Positions 28,215 through 39,100 of a stretch of DNA of 64,000 nucleotides are shown in pieces. The notes under the pieces were generated by a model that made no database searches, was not told where the DNA came from, and saw nothing but the letters and a program-made list of their open reading frames with translations. Each line of letters opens with the position of its first letter. The stretch's first letter is position 1. The stretch is taken from the NCBI GenBank assembly GCA_001643675.2, contig LSRY02000019.1, positions 1,426,001 through 1,490,000 of the forward strand, read 5' to 3'. The position numbers were made by a program, and so were the translations under genes. Source of the stretch: Monocercomonoides exilis PA203. Taxonomy: Eukaryota > Protista > Preaxostyla.

Positions 28215-31200
28215 ATGGTCAAGAAAGATAAAACGTTCGTTATTAAAAGGATTGAAGAGCAATATATTCGGAAGGTATTGGTATTTTTCGTTATTGAGCA
28301 TTTTAGTTTTCTTTTTCAAAATTCATTTTCACATTTTGAAGAAACTTCAACATATAAAAATTCTAATCTCAAATTTGCCTCAAGATGGAGAATGCATTGA
28401 GTATATTTATAATATAATTGAAGAACTTCTGTCAGTTATCAATGATGTTAAAAAAATGTTATCGTCAAACTTCGATATGGAAGTTATTAACCCTCATATC
28501 AATAATAAAATTCGAAGCACATTTAATGTTCCATTTGCATCACATGAAGCATATTCTTTGAGGTTTCGATTTCGCAGCGACAATGAAGAAGAAAATAATC
28601 GAATTATTGAATCATCTGAAAACGTATGAATTTTCAATAATTATGACTGATTCAAATATTGTTGATGAAATCTTAGAAATTTCAAATTATTACCAATTTT
28701 ATTTTTGAAATTGCTCAAAATATTAAATTTTTAGAAAATAGGATGATTCAACACGAATCAGTTGATTGCAAATTTAACAAATTATTCGATTTGTTTTTGC
28801 GATTGATGAATGATCTAGTTGAAATTTCTCGATGTAATTTTGAAAGCCTTTGCCCACATGAACTTCTTCGGCGTATTTTTGAAAGGTGGAGACTTCAAAT
28901 TTATAATGAAAGCTTTCACATTCAAAATTTCAGCAATGGTGAAATTTTGAATGTTAAAGATAAAACGGCATTCACCGCACGAATCATGAAGCAACAAACG
29001 AAAAAAGATTTTGTTGAACAGAGCGATTTCTTGTTGAATGGCAGAAGGTTTTACGGATACGCGCCCACAAGAGAACATTGGATGAGTGAACTGGTGGAGA
29101 ACATGATTGTGATGCCATTCAAAGAAGATTTGAACTCTAAGAACGAAAATGGTGAGACGACTGATCAAATAACTGAGAATAGAGATTTTGTTGAAGAAAA
29201 TGAGAAAAGAAAAAGTGGCAGTCAGGTGCCACACAATTCTTCAATGAGAGATCAGAGAAGCGAAAGACACGAATCGTATGGCATCAATGAAAGAGGGCTG
29301 AATGAAGGAATGGACGAAATTCCGAGTGGATTGTGCTATCAGGAGGAGAATAAGCTCGATGCTAAAGCAGATGATGCGCCTGAGCGATTGAGTGATTATG
29401 ATGCAGTCAAACCACACAGCATTTCAATTCCGAAGCTGCGCATTGAGCAGGGCAGCCAGCCAGTCAGTCGTCAAGAGCACTACAGCGAAGATGAAGATGA
29501 AGACGAAGAAGATTATTCAGAAGAAAGCGAAGAGGCAGACACGTCTTCAGAAGAGAACGAAATGAACACGCAGCAAAAGCAGAGAAAAGCAGAGTCTTCG
29601 AATGATCAGACACAGGAATCGACATCTCTTTCTTCTTCGATGATTCACCGCTCGCTCAAGCTGGCCCATCCAAAAGTGCCAACTTTGTTCACTTCGCATC
29701 TGAACGATCCACAAAACCCGTCTTTCGGCTCGTTAAACGATCGGAGGCGTTTGTCAGACGAAGCAGATGGAAGCAAAGGGGAGAAGGAAAACAGACAAAA
29801 GACGTATTCCTCCTCCTCCTCCTCTTCTTCTTCTTCTTCGCTGTATCCTTCCATCTGGTCTGTGCAGAAGTCTTCATCAGATAAACTGTCTTCTCCTTTC
29901 AACACAACATCAGCAGACTCCACAACACCTGAATTTATGTCTGGCTCTCTCAACTCCTCGTTCTTTCCATCACTTCATTCCTCTCCCAACAAATATCCAT
30001 TTGCTAATTCTTCACCTTTGTCTTCTTCTTCTTCGCATTCTCGTTCTAACTCATTATCTTCCCCCAATTCATCATCTCCACCGTATGCCTCTTCCCAGCG
30101 TGCTTTTCCTTCATTGTATCCAACTCCTTCGTCCAGCATGGCTCTCACCCTCCGCGCAATAGAAAGTTTGAGCTCTCCTCATTCTCCGCCTCCTCAAACA
30201 GGATTTGCTTCTGCAAACTTGTCTGATTCAGATTCACCGGGAAACATGAGATCTTCGCAATATGCTTCTTCATCGTCATCATCTTCTTCTCTGTCATCAT
30301 CTCCGAATGGAATGTTTCGCTCTTCTTTGTCCTCGTCTTTGTCTTCGCCATATCGTTCAACCGCCAAACCTCCTTTCTCCTCTGCATCTGAGGCATTTCC
30401 TCCGTCTGTAGTCTCAATGATCGAAGTCAAACAGACTGAGTCAACAAAGTTCCCTTCGATGAAATCAAACAGAAATTCTTCACTGGCCAAGCTGGATGAG
30501 CAAAAGTCAGATGAAAACGGGCAGAAAACATCAAAGGCTTCTTATTCTCCGTTGGGAACATCATCCAAAAGTCTGTTTTCGTCGTCTGCTACTTCAAGTG
30601 CGTCTTTTGGTTCGTTGAAGGCTGATAAGCATTCACCAGTGCCTGATTCTTCACAGGAAAGCGAAGACACTTATCTTTCAGCGATGGGCAAGCAGCGCAC
30701 GATGAAGGAAGCATTTAGAGCATTGGCTGAGGTTATTTCACAGCCATCACAAGGCAACGCCAAGCCTTCCTTATCATCATCTTCTTCTTCTTCTCCATTG
30801 AAGTCCTCTTCATCTTCCACTTCTCAGGCTTTTGTGAGTCAATCAGGCAGCACTTCAGCACTGCCAACATTCGGATCAATCAAAAGCAGAAGTTTGGCTG
30901 TGCAAAAGACAGAGCCGCAGGAGCCTGTTGTGCGTTCTATCTTTGATGATACAGAAGAGCTGGGCAATCCGTCTGCTGCTCAGCCAAAGGCAATGCTCCG
31001 CACAAGATTTGTCATCGACCGCCTGACGCAAAAGAATGAGCTGGCAAAAGGACACCACAGATCGCTGTCTGAATCAATCATTTCAAAACAGGGAAATTCT
31101 TCGCAGACGAGGGGAAATGACCTTTCGTCATCTTTTGCTTCTTCTTTAAATTCATCATCATCATATTCTTCTTCTTCTTCTTCTTCTTCTATTTTTTCGG

Positions 31201-32057
31201 GATCTTCTTCGAATAATTCTGCCTTTTCCTCTTCGATTTTCCCTTCTTCAAGCTCAATTTTTGACACAAGCCACAATTCTCCGATGTCCAAAACGATGCA
31301 TGTGCTGAGTCAGCTGCAGAACGATGAAGCACATTTTAATTCGTCTATTCACAGACATCAGTACAGCAGATCACGCAGTTCATATTCTCCATCTTCTACT
31401 TCTGCCTCTGCCTCTGCTTCTGCCTCTGCTTCTTCTTATTCTTCTTCCTCTTCTATTTTACAGCAATCTTCTTTGAGATCTTCTTCTGAAATGGCATCTT
31501 TTTCAAACAGTGGCATTTCTTCGCCTCCATCTGCCACTCCGCCAACACCATTAAAGCGATACACTTCAAATGAATCTGCAACATCGTCTTTTGCATCTTC
31601 TCCATCATCATCGTCCCTATCCTTCAGTCAAGATACTCCTTGTGACACATCTGCTGATGCGTCTTCTTCTTCACCTTCTTCTTCCTCTTTATCTTCTTCT
31701 TCTTCTGAATCTCTTATTTCACCATCTGAGCCTTCAGCCTCATCGAATGAAGGGATGTTAGGAGAAGTTGGTGCTGGCAGTGTTGCTGTGAGAGAATGTG
31801 AACAGGAAGAAGAGCCGTCGTTTTTGGAGAAAGAAGCCATTCAGTCGAGAAAAGCGGAAAGTGAAGAGGGAAGTGAGGTAGGCACGTTTGGCTTTTCAAA
31901 TGAAGAATCGGATGTGGGAAAGGATTGCAGTGCAGCGAATGGAAATGTTATGGAACAGCACAACAGTTCAATTTATGATGAAAAAGAAGATAAAGAGTTT
32001 AAATATGATCAAGATCAAGATCAAATATCAGAGGGCATTGAAGAAAATTCTCAATAA
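28215..32057 (+). CDS. Hypothetical Ser-rich protein with a globular N-terminus
   Basis: Long exon ORF 28743-32057 with the same compositional bias as neighbouring genes. Probable upstream exons start at ATG 28215 (introns about 28275-28340 and 28563-28741); the 5' structure is tentative. Confidence 0.65.
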
Positions 32058-32379
32058 GTGAGCTGGTGTTCGTGTGATTGATTGAAGGGAATTTCTTTTA
32101 CTGTAAACGCTTTTCCCCATTATCTCATTTGTTGCTTGTTTTGATTTATTAAATGGTAATTTTTTATTGACTTCTTTATCGGGAAAATAATCTATGAAAA
32201 AAAGTTATGAATTAATTGGTGTGTTTTAAACAAGGCTTGTTTTGTTTTTTCACTTCAAATTTATGAAGGACTTGAAGACAGCTTTTTGCTGTTTCATAAA
32301 GCCATTCTACACTATTCTACATGTGAATTTTTTAAATAATAATTATAATTTTTTTTTTTTTTCAAAATTTTTTTTTCGA

Positions 32380-32549
32380 AATTTTTTGCTTTATGGATTT
32401 TGTTCCAAACAATATTTTCTTTTATTTTTCGAATTTTTTAACTTTATTTCTATTTTTTGCATGAGAATGTTAGATTTATAATGAAAAGATGGAAGAAAAG
32501 GTTTGGGACAAATCTTTGATTTTTTCATAAATTCAAGAATTGCGCCCCA
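32380..32549 (-). mobile_element. MITE-like dispersed repeat, copy 1 (inverted homolog of 62256-62419)
   Basis: The reverse complement reads AATTCTTGAATTTATGAAAAAATC...AAAATATTGTTTGGAACAAAATCCATAAAGCAA, closely matching 62256-62419. Ends in CCCCA-TA. Confidence 0.7.
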
Positions 32550-32590
32550 TATATTTAATTTTTTCATTATGCAATTTTTGAGTTCAAAAA

Positions 32591-32592
<2 letters not shown>

Positions 32593-32656
<64 letters not shown>
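32593..32656. repeat. A64 homopolymer
   Basis: Directly visible. Confidence 0.9.
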
Positions 32657-32658
<2 letters not shown>

Positions 32659-32861
32659 TTTTTTATCTTAAAAGTGTGACTCATTGGTTTTCATTGTTTT
32701 CAAAATCGTTTGTTTAATCAGCAGATGCATTGCCATAATTATGATTGAATGAAAATAGCCAATGGCCGAAATGGAATCAATGGGAAATAAAGGGATAGCA
32801 TTGCACTTGTAATGTATTGATTAAAATGACATGGGAAGTGTGCAAGACAACAAAACATCAA

Positions 32862-32945
32862 AATACACAAAACATACAAAGCATACAAAGGATACAATAC
32901 ATATAATACATACAAAACATGCAAAACAAACAATACATACAAAAA
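32862..32945. repeat. Degenerate 9-bp minisatellite (CATACAAAA)n downstream of the pseudokinase gene
   Basis: catacaaag catacaaag gatacaata catataata catacaaaa catgcaaaa. Confidence 0.6.
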
Positions 32946-33100
32946 CCATTGATTTCATCCATTTATCAATCATCCACACAAATATTCATCTTATACCCAG
33001 CATCCTTCCCTTTCCAAAAATATGCAATTTTTTTTCATTCAAATATTACTGCTGATATTCCACTTCCTCTCAATCTCTCATTATTCTTCGGTCACAACGC

Positions 33101-36100
33101 TCAACACTTCACTCCATCAGTTCTTTTGCTCTCGCTTTTCCCTTTCTCTTCTTTTCCTTCTCCAGAAATCTCCTCTTCTTTCTCTTCTTTATCCTCTTCA
33201 TCTTTTTCTTTCCCTTCTCTCACCTCTATCTCCTCATCTGTAACAAAATCGATGGCATCAGACAATGTGAGCACAGCTTCCCCCTGCGGGAACTTTTGGA
33301 TGCACACTCGCTTCACCCAAACAAGACACGGACGCTCCGAATCCTCCTGGCTCACCAACAATTCAATCACATTCTCTGCCTTATTTCCCAGCACTGTTTT
33401 GCTCATCGGCCTCTCCCCATTCAAAATCTTCTGCCCTGCCGCCTCTGCCTCATACTCCCCAAACGGGATCTCCAGCGTCAGACACTCCCACAGCATCATC
33501 CCAATCGAGAACACCACCGACTTTTCTGTTGCTCCCATCTTTTTGTTGATTAGCAGTTCTGGAGCCTTCCACCTCAAGCACTCCTTTTTGAAATTGTCAT
33601 CCTCATCCTCAAACGCAGATGAGGGCAGAGAGTCACTATCATCATCACCATCGTCACTTGCAGATGTCACAACAGTTGATGAAGAGATGGATGATGAATC
33701 TGAATCGTCATCTGACAATAAGTCAGAGTGCATCACAATACAAATCACCATGTGTTCAGAGAACAGAATGATATGAGGACTCAAGTTGGTCAAAGAGGAA
33801 AGTTCATTTTCCATTTCATCAAATGAATGGAGCGAAAGATTAGCCACCCAAAACAGGATCTGAGCAGCTGTTTGCTCTCTTTCCTTCAGAGTTCCTATTG
33901 CCATCTCCTTCGTCTTATTCCTTCCATGCAACAGCATGAATAAAGAATCCCTCAGATCCACAATCAGCTTCTCATGAGGAGATGAGCAGGCCATTGCATC
34001 CACCAGATTCGACATTGACGAAGTGGTTGGGCAAAGATCCTCTCCTCGAACAAATGTTGAATCTGAGTCAGTTGTTGAGGTGGATGAAATGGATGGAGAA
34101 GGTGTTCTCTTTCTTGTCTCTTCATCATCTTCTTCCTTCTCATCGACCTTCTCCAGCATCCATTCAGGAATCTTGTCTGAATCTCTCCCCAGGATGTATT
34201 CAGTGGAGCCACTTTCACTCAATAAATGCTCTGATGACTCCGAGTGTCCCAAGCTTTTCTCAAACACCCTTTTTTTAATCCTCTCTTCATTCTTCTTCTC
34301 TGCCTCCCTCTCTGCTCTCCTCCACTGCTCCTCTGGAGACATCTCCATCGTCACCATCTCAAATGCCTTCGGATCCTTTCTGATGTTGTCATTCACAATC
34401 TCTCTCAGATCTTCTGCTTCATTCTTCACCTTCTTCCAACGAATAACAAACAAAATCAAAGTGATGAGAACAATCAAAAATAACATTGCCAACACAATAA
34501 CAATGATAATCCAATAAGGTGCAGTCTTGTTTCCTCCTTCTACAATCCTTTCATTCCCATTTGTCTTTGCTTCACTTGCATTCTTCAAAATGAATTGCTG
34601 AGTTGATGAAGGAGATTCTGCATTCCCAAACAAAATATGAACACTCACTTCGATTTCATTTCCACAACTGCTGATGACATCTTTTGCCAGCCTCCCTTCA
34701 ACTTCCGTCTCTGATAAGAATCCATTTGAATAAAAATCATAATGTTCAATCTCTTTCTCTTCTCCCTTCCTCTTCACAACTGAGAATGACAGATTACATG
34801 GAATAAAAAGCATTCCTTTGAATGTCAGCTTCATTCTATCTGTCTCTTCTTTTGCTTCCGCACTCTCCAGAACAGGAATGAAGAATGAAGAGTCCCTCTC
34901 TGGAACAATCCCTTCAAAATTGCACCAATCATTCAACATCCAAAGTGATGTATTTCTCTCCAATCCATCTCCTCCTTTCAAACTCATCACATTCAATGTT
35001 CCTGAATCAGAACAGATGATGTTTCTTCTCAGCGAAGGATATCCTTCAATCGATGGATTATTGTTTGAGAAACTCCCTGCTTCAATTTTCACATTTCCTC
35101 CACTTGTTGTTATTCCACCCTCTGGTGAATTCAAGATTGTTGTATCTTTCAGCATCGCAGAACTCTTCGCAACGTCAACAACAGATCCATTCCATCGACA
35201 TATTTCTTCTTCGGCATTCAAATAATTCTCTGTTCTTTCCTCTAAACTTCCTTCAAACACACACGACTCCATCAATATCTTCTCTGCTGATGTTATCGCC
35301 ACCTGGCTCCCCCTTTGTGACTCTGATGAGCACTTGCTGAGCGAGCAGTTGCACATCTCAAAACAGCCCATCGGGTGAGTTGTGCAGACAATACAAGACC
35401 CACTTGCCGATCGGCTGATATTTGAAAACGATGACAACACCAATGAAACAAACAGAGAAGAACGGCCGTTTTCAAATGAGATAAGACTTTCATTTTGCAG
35501 AGTGATGTTTGTGGCTGTCAGCCTTGAAACACTCACTTTCTCGCTCTTTCCACATTCAATCACCGAACTCTTGCATCGAACATCATCCACCCCCAGATCG
35601 TCAAATGACGATCTTTCCGAATCCAATATATTGAAAACAGGTTTTGTGAACCCCAAACTGTTAACACTGCACGCATCTGCTTCAAATACCCCATTTTCAA
35701 CAACAATCAGAGAAGCATCAAAAAGGAGCTGTGAATTTGCTGTTGTTCTGCTCTCTGAATGAAACGAAACAGATTCGAGAATTAGAGATCCGCTCATTTG
35801 GTGCAGCAAACACGAGCAGATAGTATTTTGCGCCCCATCAAAAGCAAATATCACTTTCTCAAATCGAACAGACTCTGAAGTTCTCACAACTCCCTCATCT
35901 GCCAAACTGATCTCGCTCACTTTGATTTCGGCATTCCTGCTTGCTTCCATCGACTTGATGGTCACCCTTTGAGCAGAGCATGAACCACTTAATCTGGTTT
36001 CATTCCAAACGTTCAGCTGCGAATAATCTGAAGGAATTATATGGCTCACTCCAACATTCAACGATGAGCATGCACCTTTCATCTCCCCGCAATTCTTGCT

Positions 36101-39100
36101 GTTGCTGCTGTTCCCCACAATCGATGAAACAAATATGAACTCACTTCTGAACACAAACACTCTTCGCAGAAGATCCTCCTCATCCCCATAATTGTCTGCT
36201 GTGCATCCCCATATTGCCAGCTCCTTCACAAACGGCTCCCCGAAGTTTATCAGAAACTGTGATTCACTTATCTGCGAGTCAAGGTCAGTGCACTTCACAA
36301 ACACATCCCTCCCCTTCGAAGCAACATTCTCTCGGAATGTGATGTTCGACAGCACAAATGGCAAAGTCTTCTGTGCAACACTCTGTGATTTCAAAAACAA
36401 TCCTCCACCTCTCCCAATGTTCGAGCAGAAACATTTTACCACATTCGTGTGATTCATTTCCAATCTCCCCCTTTCATTGAAAAGGAAAAACACTCCTCCT
36501 CCTTCATTCGAATTTGTTGATCCACAGCCATCAATTGTCGAGTTCTCCATTTTCAGTCTCACTTCATTCGGAACATCACAACAAAGCAATGAAGGGTTGT
36601 TTGACGCACTTTGCTTCACATTCATGAACGTGCATTGCTCAAACACAATATTCCACACTTCTTCTGCATTATCATTCCCAACTCCAGAAATCTCATTTTC
36701 TCTCATCGCAATTGCACTTTTCCCGCTCAATGCAATATCTTCAAATGTCACATTGTCCATTGCTATCGCACAATCTGTTGATACACTCATGATCTCACAC
36801 ATCGATGACAATCCTGCGATGTTTGTCTTTTCAATCTCAACAATTCCTTTTGAGGCACTTATCAGAACAAATGACACCTCGCCTTCGGCACTGCCGTGTG
36901 TATTGATTGAACAGCTCACAATGCTCGTTTTGATTGCATCTGAACCTGTCTGGATGAGGATGCTTGCCTCATTGTCAAAAGCAGTCGGAATCACCATTCC
37001 CATTTCTTTGAATTGAACAATCCCTTTGCATCCAACAATAGCATCTCCATCACCCTCAATCGCTTTCACAAATTGAATTTTGTCTGTTTCGCCATTTGTT
37101 CCTTCCAGCCTCATCCCACTCACACTCATTTCACTCCTTGCATCGCAAACCCCATGAATTATCATGCGCTCGACTCCAGAACTGACTGTTCTCTTCAGCC
37201 CATAATCAACAGATCGGCATGGATACTCGCTCAATCCACACACAACAACATTGTTTCCTTCCTCTGTAATAAACACGTTCGATCCAATCTCTTTCCAGAA
37301 ATAGATCAGTGGGATTGCACATTCCCTGTTCCTTCCATCATACCCCCTCATCGAGTCTTCCGTCAGCTTCTCCAGTCTATCTTTCACAAATGGAAGCGTT
37401 TCGTTCTTGATGCTCTTGACGAGCGATGGAGATGAAATGAACAGATCCTTCCCATATTTCGCATTGTTTGGCTTGTCAGAAGAAAAAACAGGTATGGATA
37501 TCACAAACCCTGCCTCTTCTTCTTTCAGTATCTTCAGCATTATTCCTCCTCCATATCCAACCCCTCCCTCTTCGTGTGGTGCTGTGCAACAATAAAATGT
37601 GCACCCACTCACCATAAGTTTCGCATTTGCAGATGCTTCATAAAAGAATGCACCTCCTCCGATCTCTTCTTCTTCTCCAAAAACGGTGCAATCTTCAAAT
37701 GTGCAGTCAAATATTTCAGTTTTGTAATCGTTTCCTACTTCATTATTTGAAACACTTATGCATCCTCCACTTCCCTTCGAACGAGTAATCGAAGAAAACG
37801 AACATCCTGATATCTCTTCAATATTTCCGTTGTGACACTCAACAATACATCCATCACCAAATGTGATTTCTCCAAAATCGCTATTCGTCATATTCATCGA
37901 AGGCACACTTTCAGCATTCCCCTCAACAACAAATATCGATGAATCTCCTTTTTTCATATTCTCTGATCCAAACTCACTCACCTCCACAACCCCTCCAACA
38001 GCCTTCACAAACACTGTCGAAATACTCTCAGTGCCTCCTTCCATCCCGCATCCATTCAGTGTGAGTTTCCCTGAATGGCACTCAAACACACTTTCATGAA
38101 AGGTCAGCGATTTCTTCAAAGAAAATGCAATGCCAGTCACAGACATAGAAACTGTGTTTTTTATCAATCCACTTTGAGCTCCCTCTTTCTGATCAGAAAC
38201 ATTGCATTTCATCTTATCCTCTTTGGATGCGATGCTCCATTCATATGAAGCCAACTCCAATTCCTCCTCAAAGACAAATGGCTCAAGAAGAGCAACATCC
38301 TTTTTCTTCCCTTCAAAGTGGAGCGACACTGCCTTCGAAATGGTTGAACACGGAAACTCTTCAAATCCACACTTCGAGAAATCATGGCTCAGTAATCCTC
38401 CTCCCACAAACGCTGGCCCAGAAAAGTTGTTCCATAAATAGATACACAGTGGAATTGGAAACGACTCGTCACCATTATCATATCCTTGCACCTTGTTCTT
38501 TGTATCGAACGAAGCAGTCACTGATGTGATTTTCCCACTTGTTGCAGTTAACTCCAGATCGATCGAGTCTACAAAAATACCGCTCCCTAATTTGGCCCTG
38601 TTCCCTTCAAATGCTGATGAAATCAGAAACTCTGCATTTATGTCTTTCACTTTCAGCCCAATCCCTCCTCCTCTCCCTTGAGTAGTCGAGGCATAACAGT
38701 TTCTCACAACACCTCCATTCACACTCAATGAATCCCCGCTTCCAATTTCAATCATCATTCCCCCTCCAAAGTCGGAGTCTTCACTTCCACACCCATCAAT
38801 TGTGCATCCTTCAAATGATATCGAATGTGAACCTTCACCAACATTCATCAGCGATGGCCCTGCTGTTGTTCTCACAATGTTGCTGAACATGCAGTTGTCA
38901 AGAGATAGTGAAACAATTGATCCTTGAGAAAGAGATATTACATTTGTGGTAATGAATGTTTGCCCCCATTTCACTTCTTTCATTTCCAACTCTCCACCAT
39001 CAACTTTCCCAAGTGAGTTCTGAATGCTCCTCTCTTCTGAATGAGCTGCGTCCATCGAAATATTCAATCTTCTTGCCTCAATCTTTCCTGCTCCTCTCAC

